Part shown: piece by piece, positions 1-8,717 of the stretch
Layout of the letters: each line of letters starts with the position of its first letter
How positions within the stretch are numbered: position 1 is the first letter of the stretch
Assembly (NCBI GenBank): GCA_964573455.1
Contig: CAZNJW010000005.1
Location: 1 to 55,332 of the forward strand
Direction of reading: 5' to 3'
DNA: 55,332 nt
Source: an uncultured Anaeromyxobacteraceae bacterium
GTDB lineage: Bacteria; Myxococcota_A; UBA9042; DTJE01
Notes under the pieces: model-generated
What the model was told of the DNA's origin: nothing
Database searches by the model: none
Seen by the model: the letters and a program-made list of their open reading frames with translations, nothing else
Made by a program: the position numbers and the translations under genes

Positions 1-304
1 ATGCGAGCGGTCCGCCCACCATGACCGGGACGTCGGGCGTTATATCGTGAAGGAATGCAGCCAGTTCCTTGAAGGTTCTGTATTCGTTGACCACGGCGCT
101 GATGCCGATGACGTCAGGTTTACGCTCGGCGATAGTGTTCTTCATCAGATCGATCGAGGCGGGGTCGCTGCCGATATGCAGGATTTTCGGTTCGTGCCCT
201 GCCTCGCGCAGTGCTGCTGCAAGGTACATCGCGCCGAGAGGGGCAACCTTCGACTTTTCATTCCTTGAAGGATTCCAACACTTTATTATCAGTATGTCAG
301 CCAT
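1..304 (-). CDS. B12-binding-domain radical SAM protein, N-terminal part (runs off the window edge; not in the ORF track)
   Basis: Manual translation from ATG at 304: MADILIIKCWNPSRNEKSKVAPLGAMYLAAALREAGHEPKILHIG...KPDVIGISAVVNEYRTFKELAAFLHDITPDVPVMVGGPLA. PLGxxYLAAxL, PDVIGIS and VxxGGP are hallmarks of the cobalamin-binding domain of B12-dependent radical SAM enzymes. Confidence 0.85.
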   Translation of the reverse strand, partial: MADILIIKCWNPSRNEKSKVAPLGAMYLAAALREAGHEPKILHIGSDPASIDLMKNTIAERKPDVIGISAVVNEYRTFKELAAFLHDITPDVPVMVGGPLA

Positions 305-447
305 CAGGCCCCAAGTTCGTCAATTTGACGCATATCGTAGCCCGCACTTCGGCGTTTGTCGAGGAGTCGGTTTCCCAACGGTCGTCTACAAGTCAATACT
401 TGTTGACATGGTATACCATTGATTCGGGCACATGCGGGAATCTTGCA

Positions 448-1443
448 ATGCGTCATTTTGGGGTCGTGGCGCCGGTCCTGGCGGTATTAGTCGGCGTGGT
501 GTTGATCTGCCAGTCCGGTACATCGGAGGTTGGTCAACCCGGTGAGACCGTCCCGGTCGATGCGACGGACGAGGGACAGGATCCCGCAGGGGCGAATAAC
601 ATTCGCCCTTCTGGACAGGATGAGGTACAGGATCCCGCAGGGGCGAATAACATTCGCCCTTCTGGACAGGACGAGGTACAGGATCCCGTAGGGGCGAATA
701 ACATTCGCCCTTCTGGTCAGCACGACCAGGTCTACGGTGGTCTTCCGGTTCCGTTGGAAAACGAGTCACGATACGTGCTTCTGGACAACCTGGGGTTTGA
801 CGTCGGTTACTCAGAGTACCGGCAGAATCCAGTCTGGGTTGGATATTCTGTCGGGCCGGAAACCGTCGAAGGGGGAGGGCCAAGACCGCAACGTTTCAGC
901 ACGGACGCGCGCACCGACTCGCGGGTCGCCCATCGTGACTACACCAGGACGGGGTACGACCGTGGACACCTGGCTCCCAATCACGCCATCGCAACCAGAT
1001 ATGGCAGAAAGGCCCAGATTGAGACCTTTATGATGAGCAACATCGTTCCGCAGCGCCCGGCTTTGAATCGACAGGTCTGGCAGAGAATAGAGGCGCTTGA
1101 GGCGGATCGCTGGTCCAGTTCGCTCGGGGGCGTCTGGGTGATCACCGGCCCGGTGTTCGACCGGGACAGAGACTTTCTGAAGCAGTCAGAGCCGCGTATC
1201 GAGATCCCGGACGCGTTTTTCAAGGTGATCATCGACGAGGTCGAAGACACTGGTTCCGGAACCGTAGAGCCGAGGGTTCTTGCCTTTATCATCGAACAGG
1301 ATGTGCAGGGCGACGAGATGCCGGTCGATTTCCTGGTCAGTGTCGATTGGATCGAGGAGCGGACCGGGCTGGACCTGATGCCCGATTTGAACGACGTGAT
1401 CGAGGTACGTCTCGAGGCCGGAGTCGCCGACTCGGTCTGGTGA
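448..1443 (+). CDS. DNA/RNA non-specific endonuclease (NucA/EndoG-like beta-beta-alpha-Me family), N-terminal hydrophobic export/anchor segment
   Basis: YDRGHLAP and MSNIVPQRPALNRQVWQRIE active-site motifs, plus ITGPVF and IPDAFFKVI. Likely start is ATG 448 (MRHFGVVAPVLAVLVGVVLIC); the ORF-track start is 211. Confidence 0.92.
   Translation: MRHFGVVAPVLAVLVGVVLICQSGTSEVGQPGETVPVDATDEGQDPAGANNIRPSGQDEVQDPAGANNIRPSGQDEVQDPVGANNIRPSGQHDQVYGGLPVPLENESRYVLLDNLGFDVGYSEYRQNPVWVGYSVGPETVEGGGPRPQRFSTDARTDSRVAHRDYTRTGYDRGHLAPNHAIATRYGRKAQIETFMMSNIVPQRPALNRQVWQRIEALEADRWSSSLGGVWVITGPVFDRDRDFLKQSEPRIEIPDAFFKVIIDEVEDTGSGTVEPRVLAFIIEQDVQGDEMPVDFLVSVDWIEERTGLDLMPDLNDVIEVRLEAGVADSVW
576..720 (+). repeat. Three tandem 51-bp repeats, each with a GGGCGAAT-aac-ATTCGCCC palindrome, in frame within the nuclease gene (QDP[A/V]GANNIRPSGQDEV)
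   Basis: Units start at 576, 627 and 678 (third truncated). Perfect 8-bp inverted repeat with 3-nt loop in each; third copy has a GTAG 5' tag. Confidence 0.95.
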
Positions 1444-1458
1444 ACCGGACAATCTACG

Positions 1459-2661
1459 CTAGGGCAGATCCTCCACCGCATACCGGACATAGACACCGTC
1501 AATATCGGGCCCGTTCGATATCGGATCGGACACGAAGGCCCGTCCGGTGTCGGGATTCAGGACAGTACATGCAGGGATGAGTCTGACGAATCGGAATCCA
1601 TGGCGCGTCATCGCCGCGGCGTCGGGGTCGGCCTGATCGAGCTGATCCAGATCGAACGCGTCGCCCCCGGCCGTCTCTGTATTGAACGGATCCGCGTTGG
1701 GGTCAACGTCCTGGTTGAAGATGACCGGCGTCACCCCACCAAAACCGTCCCAGTCCGCCGGGTCGGTGGAGTACGACGTCTCGTCTTCGGCGGTGAAGTC
1801 GAAGGGGAAGCTCACCCAGGTGATTCCATCGCGAGAAACCTGAACGACGACCTGATCCATGAACACTCCGCCTTCGCCGTAGTTGAATGGATTCTCGAAC
1901 ACCACCAGTTCGGCACCCGGTCCATTACCGATCGAGTGACCGTCCAGCGCAAGAACAAGGAAGGAGCTGTTGACCGCCGGAATCGCGTACACGTCGGTGC
2001 CACCTGTCGATGCCCCGCCTCCACGCACACCGTTGACCGCGTTCTGGGGATCTCCAGGGCCTTCTCCCGAGGCTCCCGGCGCCTCGACAACGAGATCCAT
2101 CGGTCGCGTGTCGGTCGGAAGTGCTTCGGGGGCGGGCGGTTCAACGCTGGTCAGACCTGTCCAGCCAAAACCTCCGCAACCGGAATTCGCCGGGTCGGAC
2201 GCGTCCGCCGCCTGCACGGCGATGGCTTCGTCGCTGGTTGCCTTGTCCCAGGCTGTGTTGCAGAAGTAGGTCGTTCCGTCTTTCGTCGTCCAGTCGAATC
2301 GGCTGAAAAGGCCGGGGCTGAACTGGTTAGCGTCCGAATTGCGCGCGATCGCCCATCCTGGCGACCCAGCCGAGGATCCGTTGTCCCAGATCAGAATCTC
2401 GAAGGATGACAGGGAGCCGTCGTAAGTCTGCCTCCATAGTCCGGATGTGATGTCGTGTGCCGTGCCCCACGCGTCGGTCCACGCGCCGGCGAGCGCGATT
2501 CCGACGGGTTTGTCCAGATTGGTGGCTTCGATGACTTCCTGGATCACGTCCTGGCCTCCCAGGTCGTCGCTCTCGCTGCTGCCGCATCCGAAAGATGCCG
2601 GCAAGATGGTGGTCAGCGCGGTAAGTACCCAGATCATCACACTTTTGTTCGGTCTGCTCAT
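1459..2661 (-). CDS. Uncharacterised two-domain lipoprotein downstream of a cobalamin riboswitch
   Basis: GGAG RBS before ATG 2661; signal peptide with lipobox SFGC. N-domain ...FSRFDWT...YFCNT...SGCGGFGWT; Pro-rich linker; C-domain with NGVRGGG, VFENPF, GGDAFDL and GPDIDGV motifs, which recalls Leptospira LIC_13355-type surface lipoproteins (recollection, not searched). Confidence 0.8.
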   Translation of the reverse strand: MSRPNKSVMIWVLTALTTILPASFGCGSSESDDLGGQDVIQEVIEATNLDKPVGIALAGAWTDAWGTAHDITSGLWRQTYDGSLSSFEILIWDNGSSAGSPGWAIARNSDANQFSPGLFSRFDWTTKDGTTYFCNTAWDKATSDEAIAVQAADASDPANSGCGGFGWTGLTSVEPPAPEALPTDTRPMDLVVEAPGASGEGPGDPQNAVNGVRGGGASTGGTDVYAIPAVNSSFLVLALDGHSIGNGPGAELVVFENPFNYGEGGVFMDQVVVQVSRDGITWVSFPFDFTAEDETSYSTDPADWDGFGGVTPVIFNQDVDPNADPFNTETAGGDAFDLDQLDQADPDAAAMTRHGFRFVRLIPACTVLNPDTGRAFVSDPISNGPDIDGVYVRYAVEDLP

Positions 2662-2667
2662 GGTTGC

Positions 2668-2690
2668 TCCATTTCCCCGCGGGGAATGGA
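2668..2690 (-). promoter_or_regulatory. RBS-sequestering hairpin (riboswitch expression platform)
   Basis: Minus strand TCCATTCCCCGCGGGGAAATGGA: the 5' TCC pairs with GGA of the GGAG Shine-Dalgarno just upstream of ATG 2661. Confidence 0.6.
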
Positions 2691-2787
2691 AACAGGGGGT
2701 CCGGCCCCCGACCGCAATGTTGTTGGAAAACAATGGTCGGATTGGCGTGACCTCGTCCGTTTCCGCTCGAAACGACTGGCACCAAAT

Positions 2788-2929
2788 GGACGCGGGCAGT
2801 GTCCTGACTCCCGGGTATGGCCTCGCCTGGCCCTTCCGGACAAGTTCATGTCCGTGGCTCGCCAGGGTTGTTCCCGGATACAGTTGCGGCGGCAGTACCG
2901 GCATTGAACCGGTTTCCTGCCCCGTGTCC
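2788..2929 (-). ncRNA. Cobalamin (AdoCbl/B12) riboswitch aptamer
   Basis: Minus strand reads GGACACGGGGCAGGAAACCGGTTCAATGCCGGTACTGCCGCCGCAACTGTA...GAGCCACGG...CCGGAAGGG...GAGTCAGGACACTGCCCGCGTCC. It contains the GGAA-CCGG..CCGG hairpin, CCGCAACTGT, GCCAC/GGAAG and B12-box (AGTCAGGANAC) elements. The ends pair as P1. Confidence 0.9.
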
Positions 2930-3115
2930 CCGGACGTAATCTAGCCTTCCGTCGAAGGCAGGTCAACCCGGATCTCGGAATCCCGTGTTCCTGTCCCTTT
3001 CCGCCTGCCCTGGCGCTGGTACCCAATATCCGAAAACGGTCGGCACCCCGCCACTATGGGGATTTGCCTCCACTTCTGCTATGATTCGGCAGTCGATTCG
3101 AGGTCGGTGTCCGGG

Positions 3116-5134
3116 ATGTCCTGGCGTCATGGTGTCGCATATATGTTCATGTCGACCATGATCATCTGGTCGGCGTGCGCCGGTGAAAGCGTGCCGACTG
3201 ACTCCGGGGACACCGGCGGGCGGCAGGACGCGGACCTCGTCGACGTGGAAACATGGTCGGATACCGGCACGGACCTTTCCTCGCTCGAAATCCCGGACAT
3301 TGATGACACTGATACGATCCAGGACGTGAATCCGGATTTGGACATCGCGGATGCCGTTGACACCGTGGTGCCCCTCACTTTTGTCCTTCGCGATCTGTCC
3401 GAGGTCGGCAATATCAATGACATGTGGGGTAGTCCGGCCGATTCGGTCTGGGCGGTGGGGGACGACGGCCTTGTTCTTGTGCTTCGCAACAATCAGTTCG
3501 TTCCGGGTCCTATCCCGCCAACGGAAGCGGACCTTTACGGTGTGGATGGAACTGGCGGCGTCGTGTATGCGGTGGGAGCGGGGGGTGTCGTCTTGAAGTT
3601 CGCCGATGGTCGATGGGATATCCTCGACTGTCCCGTGTCGGCCGACCTTCTCGATGTCTCCTGCCCGGGCGCGGATGAGTGCTTCGCGGTGGGACGGAAA
3701 GGAACCGTCGTTCATTTGCAGGCCGATTCCTGCGAGGTAATGGATCCGGGCGTGTCCTGGGATCTGTTCGGGGTTCTTTCAGAGGTCAACGCCGGTACGT
3801 TCGCAGTTGGCGCGTACGGTTCCCTTTTCGAACTCTCGGGAGATCAGTGGATTTCCAGCCAGATCGCCGGATCAATCGTTTCAATGACGGATATCTTCCG
3901 CGCTTCCGACGGAACGATGGTCATCGTGGGAACCCGCGGAACCGTGGTCAAAAGGAGTCCCGGGGGCACACTCTGGGAGCAGCAGCTCACGAACGATACG
4001 GCTGAGCCGCCGCGTGACCTGTGGGCAATCGCGGGAACGTCATCCGAAGACATGTGGGCTGTCGGTTCCGGTGGTGTCGTGGTCAAGTTTGACGGCAGAC
4101 GGTGGAACACCGATACGGTGGCAGGACCGGTCAACGCCATGGCCGACTTCAGGGCGACAGTGGCCGCAACATGGCTTGCTGATGCCGCCTTGCCGGAGGA
4201 TCGGGGCCTCTTTCTTGCCGCGGGCATGCTTTCTTCGATGGTTTTCTTCGACCACGGTGAGGGCGTCTGGCTCGATCGGCGGGCCGGTCCTTCAACGGAT
4301 TTGAACTCAGTCTGGGTAACGGCCGGTGATGTCGATGGCGAAGCGGTCGGTTCGTCTGTCATCTTCGTTGGCGACGACGGTCTGGCCCTGGTCTGCAAGG
4401 ACGATCGTTTCGGCCTGGTCGAGACAGGACTTGTTTCCCGCCTGAGATCCATATCTGGCGGGATCGCGGTCGGCGACGATGGCGTAATACTGTCCGTGAA
4501 TTTCGATGAATCGACGGGAACGCCGCTGTTCATGCCGGTCGTGTCATCCACGGTTGAAGACCTGGTAGACGTCGCCTTTGATGAAGAAGGCTGGGTGCTT
4601 TCGGGCGCCGACGGTTCTGTCTTCGTAATGGACGAATCATTAGCGCCGCGCTTCGCGGGTCAGGTCTCCGCTGCGCTGACCTCGGTCTGCAGAACCTCGG
4701 CTGGAGTGTTCGTTGCCGGTCTTGCCGGATTCCTTGCCTTCGCTCAGCCGGACGAGAATGGCGACCTTGCGTTTTCGGATGTTCTCACTTTTACTCAGTC
4801 AGCCCTGCGTGATCTTGTGGCACTTCCGGACGGCAGCGTGCTCGCCGTGGGCGACAATGGTGTCATGCTGGTCTGCGGGGACAATCACTGTGACAGGATT
4901 CATTCGGATCCGGCAGGCTTTCTGTATGGCGCGACCACATCGGCCGGTGGTTTCCCGGTTTTCGCTGCCGGATGGGCTGGTGCGATCCTGATGTACGACG
5001 GTCAGCAGGTCGTGGACATCGAATCAGGCACGTTCCACGTCTTTTCCTCGCTTGACGATTCCGGGATCGACGGTACCGTGTACCTGGCCGGACTTGGTGG
5101 CGTTACCGCCTTCATGAAGCATCCATCGGACTGA
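3116..5134 (+). CDS. Beta-propeller (WD40/YVTN/BNR-like) repeat lipoprotein
   Basis: Lipobox-like WSAC, Asp/Thr-rich linker, then many repeats of type LxxxxGxxxxxxWAVGxxGxV (DSVWAVGDDGLV, VYAVGAGGVV, CFAVGRKGTV, DMWAVGSGGVV). Start chosen at ATG 3116; ORF track gives 3056. Confidence 0.8.
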   Translation: MSWRHGVAYMFMSTMIIWSACAGESVPTDSGDTGGRQDADLVDVETWSDTGTDLSSLEIPDIDDTDTIQDVNPDLDIADAVDTVVPLTFVLRDLSEVGNINDMWGSPADSVWAVGDDGLVLVLRNNQFVPGPIPPTEADLYGVDGTGGVVYAVGAGGVVLKFADGRWDILDCPVSADLLDVSCPGADECFAVGRKGTVVHLQADSCEVMDPGVSWDLFGVLSEVNAGTFAVGAYGSLFELSGDQWISSQIAGSIVSMTDIFRASDGTMVIVGTRGTVVKRSPGGTLWEQQLTNDTAEPPRDLWAIAGTSSEDMWAVGSGGVVVKFDGRRWNTDTVAGPVNAMADFRATVAATWLADAALPEDRGLFLAAGMLSSMVFFDHGEGVWLDRRAGPSTDLNSVWVTAGDVDGEAVGSSVIFVGDDGLALVCKDDRFGLVETGLVSRLRSISGGIAVGDDGVILSVNFDESTGTPLFMPVVSSTVEDLVDVAFDEEGWVLSGADGSVFVMDESLAPRFAGQVSAALTSVCRTSAGVFVAGLAGFLAFAQPDENGDLAFSDVLTFTQSALRDLVALPDGSVLAVGDNGVMLVCGDNHCDRIHSDPAGFLYGATTSAGGFPVFAAGWAGAILMYDGQQVVDIESGTFHVFSSLDDSGIDGTVYLAGLGGVTAFMKHPSD

Positions 5135-5135
5135 G

Positions 5136-6623
5136 ATGCAGATTTACGCGTCCGGGGCAATACGTCCGGCGCTGGATTGTGAAATGCAAAGCGGGTCGAA
5201 CAGATTCTTCCGCCTGATGCTTCTGGCTTTGCTTGTTCTGGGCGTCGCTCCTGCGGCGGCAGCGCAGTCGCTGGCGCCCCCGGCACCTTCGGGCAGGGCG
5301 TTTCGTGTTGAACGAGATTACGCCGATTCGGTCGCACGTGGCGCTTTCGGTCTTAAGTGGGACACGGTTGTCGAGGTCGCCGACGGATGGGAATACAGTG
5401 TTACCGGGTTTGTTGATAATCGTAGTTGTCCTTTGCAGTCAATCAGGGGCCTCAGTTGCGAACAGTTGGACTGGCTCCCGTCCAAGCTGAGAATCCATCG
5501 CGACGGATGGGAAGGGGCGCTGTCCGGCCATCTTGCGACAAACAGGGTTGTGGCGGTTGACATGCAGTCGGACTCCGCGCCTTTTGCCATAGGTTCAATG
5601 CACGGCGTGCTCGTCGCGCCTTCTTCCGGTATCGAGGGCAGGAAGACTCCCGCATTCGGATGGTATCTGAGTCGCTCAGCCGAGTCGGTTGGAATGAGTT
5701 TTCTGGATGTTTCGGGAGACGGTCTTGAGGATGTGATCTACACATACCGGCAGACGCTGCCCGGAGGAGTCCTGGTTGTGCCCCGGGACATCTGGTCCTT
5801 CGCGGACATGACGGCATCCAAATATCTGTCGTCCGGTGAGAAGGTCTCGGGGGTATCCACCAGTACGTTCGAGGGTGTGCCAGCGATGCTTGTCACTGAC
5901 GGACGGACCGAGCTGGGAAGATTCGTGCTCAGGTTCGCCCGGGACAGCCGTCAGGGTACGGCCGGCACCACGATACTGACTGTTGAACGCGCCGTGTTTA
6001 CCGATGGCAGTGCACCCTCATGGGAACTTCAGGTTCTGGCCGACAGCGGTTCGGGCTGGTTCGATTTCCTTTCCGTTGTCGGGACTCCGCGCGGTGATGG
6101 AGACGCCGCCGATCCATGGGCCGCCGGCTCGGTAGACGATGTGGATTTCGATCCGGACGCGGATTTCGCTTCCGCCGACAGGTGCGCGTTCTCGGAACTG
6201 CCGGCGGACGCCCCGATCGAGATGCGCAGGGCGTTTCTGGACATCGAAGGGGTCTGCCGCTTCATCGATGAACCTGTTCAAGCGACACTTCCCCTGGCGC
6301 GCGCCGCGTTGATGCTCTTCAGGGCTATTGCGATGCAGATGGCCGGATACCCGATGATCGCGGCCGTGATGTTCGAATCGGCCGCGCAGGAACTGGATGC
6401 TTCCGGCCTGTCCGGGCTGTTTTCAAGCATTCTTGCATCGCTGTCTTCGTCGGCGGCGTCCGCAGCGATCTGTCCGGATGACGGTCCACTCCCTTGCTGG
6501 GCCGATCCTGGTGATGGCAGGCGAGGTCTGGCATCCGACTGGATAGCGGATCTGGCGGAGCCGGTTCTGGCGGCATGGGAAGGGATGATGACCTGGATTG
6601 CCGGGGTGGCCGCGGTCGAATGA
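5136..6623 (+). CDS. Hypothetical exported protein with one FG-GAP-like Ca-binding motif
   Basis: Long ORF tightly coupled to its neighbours. Signal-peptide-like [16 protein letters not shown]; [14 protein letters not shown] resembles DxxGDGxxD. Start may be ATG 5184. Confidence 0.6.
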   Translation: MQIYASGAIRPALDCEMQSGSNRFFRLMLLALLVLGVAPAAAAQSLAPPAPSGRAFRVERDYADSVARGAFGLKWDTVVEVADGWEYSVTGFVDNRSCPLQSIRGLSCEQLDWLPSKLRIHRDGWEGALSGHLATNRVVAVDMQSDSAPFAIGSMHGVLVAPSSGIEGRKTPAFGWYLSRSAESVGMSFLDVSGDGLEDVIYTYRQTLPGGVLVVPRDIWSFADMTASKYLSSGEKVSGVSTSTFEGVPAMLVTDGRTELGRFVLRFARDSRQGTAGTTILTVERAVFTDGSAPSWELQVLADSGSGWFDFLSVVGTPRGDGDAADPWAAGSVDDVDFDPDADFASADRCAFSELPADAPIEMRRAFLDIEGVCRFIDEPVQATLPLARAALMLFRAIAMQMAGYPMIAAVMFESAAQELDASGLSGLFSSILASLSSSAASAAICPDDGPLPCWADPGDGRRGLASDWIADLAEPVLAAWEGMMTWIAGVAAVE

Positions 6624-6645
6624 TCGGCGCGCAGCCGGAGGGCAC

Positions 6646-7575
6646 ATGAGAATACTGATCACCGGAGGCGCGGGCTTCATCGGTTCGCACCTTTGCGAGA
6701 GATTTCTGGACGACGGTCACGAGGTAATCTGCGTGGATAACCTGCTGACCGGCAACATCTCGAACCTGGACCGGTTTTTCGGCCGTCCCGGTTTCGTCTT
6801 CATCAAGGTTGACTGTACCGAGTTTCTTCACATTCCAGGGGACCTGGACGCCATCCTGCACTTCGCGTCTCCCGCCAGCCCTTTCGACTACCTGAAGTAT
6901 CCGATCGAGACGCTGAAGGTCGGGTCGCTTGGCTCCCACAAGATGCTCGGCCTGGCGAAAGAAAAGGGCGCCCGATTCCTGCTGGCCTCCACGAGCGAGG
7001 TCTACGGCGATCCGCTGGTTCACCCCCAGCCGGAGTCCTACTGGGGCAATGTCAGCACGACCGGACCCAGGGCCGTTTACGACGAGGCCAAGCGGTTCGC
7101 CGAGGCGATGACGATGGCGTACCGGCGACACCACGGTGTCGACACCAGGATTGTCAGAATATTCAATACATACGGGCCCGGAATGCGCTCCGGCGACGGC
7201 CGGGTCATCCCGGCGTTCCTGACTCAGGCGATTCGCGGCGAACGGTTGACGGTCTTCGGCGACGGCAGTCAGACCAGGTCTTTCTGCTATGTCAGCGATC
7301 TGGTCGAGGGTGTGGTTCGCCTCTTGAATTCGAGCGAACCCATGCCTGTCAACATCGGGAATCCAACCGAATTCACGATGCTGGAACTGGTCGATCTTCT
7401 TGGCGGAGTGTTTGGAAGGCGACTTGATGTGGTCTTCGAACCGCTTCCACAGGATGACCCGCGGCAACGTCGTCCAGACATCACCAGAGCCAGATCGATC
7501 CTTGGCTGGGAACCTGTCGTGAGCCTTGAGGAAGGGATACGCAGAACCGCAGACTTCTTCCGTGGCATCTGTTGA
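6646..7575 (+). CDS. UDP-glucuronate decarboxylase / UDP-xylose synthase family NAD-dependent epimerase-dehydratase
   Basis: [39 protein letters not shown] (YxxxK), [20 protein letters not shown]; GGAGG RBS. Confidence 0.93.
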   Translation: MRILITGGAGFIGSHLCERFLDDGHEVICVDNLLTGNISNLDRFFGRPGFVFIKVDCTEFLHIPGDLDAILHFASPASPFDYLKYPIETLKVGSLGSHKMLGLAKEKGARFLLASTSEVYGDPLVHPQPESYWGNVSTTGPRAVYDEAKRFAEAMTMAYRRHHGVDTRIVRIFNTYGPGMRSGDGRVIPAFLTQAIRGERLTVFGDGSQTRSFCYVSDLVEGVVRLLNSSEPMPVNIGNPTEFTMLELVDLLGGVFGRRLDVVFEPLPQDDPRQRRPDITRARSILGWEPVVSLEEGIRRTADFFRGIC

Positions 7576-7605
7576 CACGTGATGTTTGTCGCTGGTTTAC
7601 GTGGT

Positions 7606-8694
7606 CTAGCGTGACAGGAGTTCGTCCTGGACGAATTCCTCGCCAAGTTCTTCTTTCAAGAAATCCTTGAAATTCCGCTTGATTCGTTCCTCAATCTGGC
7701 GGGCTCTCTCGCGGCTCACTCCAAACCTGTCCCCCACCGACTGAAGCGTGACGGGGTCGTCTGAAAGAAGCCGGTTTTCCCAGATGTAGATATCGCGTTC
7801 GTTCGTCAGCCGGCGCCTGAAACCGGAAACGGCATCCTTGAGCCTTCCGGAAATCTCGCGCGACTGGGCCTCGCCCTCGATGTCGGTGTCTGAGGCCATG
7901 GAAGAAAGGTAGGTCGTCTTGCCATCGGTTCCGTGAGGAGCATCGAGATAGAGATCCGGGGCGTCCATACGCTGGATCATCTCGGTAACCGTGGCCTCGG
8001 GAACGTCCAGGTTCGTGGCAATCATCCTGGCCGTCGGGTCGAAACCCATGTTCAAGAGACGCTGGCGTTCCTTGCGCAGATTGAAGAATATCTTGCGCTG
8101 CGCCTGTGTCGTCCCGAGCTTAACCATCCGGTGATTGTTCAACAGATAGTAGATGATGTAGGAACGGATCCAGTACTGCGCGTAGTGGGACAGCCGAACC
8201 CCCTTGACCGGATCGAAGTGCTGCACCGCCTTGACAAGCCCGATGTTCCCTTCCTGGATAAGGTCAAGCACCTGCGATGTGAACGAGCGGTATTCCATCG
8301 CAATCTTTATGACCAGACGAAGGTTCGCTGAGACCAGCTGGTAGGCGATCTCGGGGTCGTGTGTTTCCACGAATCGCGCGGTCAGGTCTTTTTCTTCCTC
8401 GGGCGTCAGCAACGGATACCGTTGAATATCCCGTATGTACCTGTACAGCAGATCGACCTGAACCGACGTTTCGTCGTCCTGGATACGGGTCGGAATCAGG
8501 GATGTCTCGCCACCACGAACCTCGACGAGTTCGGTCGATTCCACCGGTTCAATCGGTTCGACGGTGTCGTCGCGGTCCTGCGTTTCTGTGCTCAGATCGT
8601 CGTCAACCACGTGCGGATTGTCCTCATTGTTCAGATGCCACGGCGAAACCGGGGCGCGACATATGATAACATCACTCGGCCCGGTTTTTGTCAT
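7606..8694 (-). CDS. rpoH: RNA polymerase sigma factor, RpoH/sigma-32 family
   Basis: Region 1.2 YIRDIQRYPLLTPEEE, NLRLVIKIA, DLIQEGNIGLVKAV, RpoH box QRKIFFNLRK, region 4 GVSRERARQIE. Start uncertain (8730, 8694 or GTG 8610). Confidence 0.88.
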   Translation of the reverse strand: MTKTGPSDVIICRAPVSPWHLNNEDNPHVVDDDLSTETQDRDDTVEPIEPVESTELVEVRGGETSLIPTRIQDDETSVQVDLLYRYIRDIQRYPLLTPEEEKDLTARFVETHDPEIAYQLVSANLRLVIKIAMEYRSFTSQVLDLIQEGNIGLVKAVQHFDPVKGVRLSHYAQYWIRSYIIYYLLNNHRMVKLGTTQAQRKIFFNLRKERQRLLNMGFDPTARMIATNLDVPEATVTEMIQRMDAPDLYLDAPHGTDGKTTYLSSMASDTDIEGEAQSREISGRLKDAVSGFRRRLTNERDIYIWENRLLSDDPVTLQSVGDRFGVSRERARQIEERIKRNFKDFLKEELGEEFVQDELLSR

Positions 8695-8717
8695 TGCGAC
8701 AATCTCGAGAGGTCCAA

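Noticed and set aside
47-422. Plus-strand ORFs 47..268 and 69..422
   Set aside because: Antisense shadows of the B12-binding radical SAM gene on the minus strand.
576-720. 51-bp palindromic repeats as a CRISPR array
   Set aside because: The intervening sequence is repeated rather than unique, the array is in frame in a CDS, and there are no cas genes.
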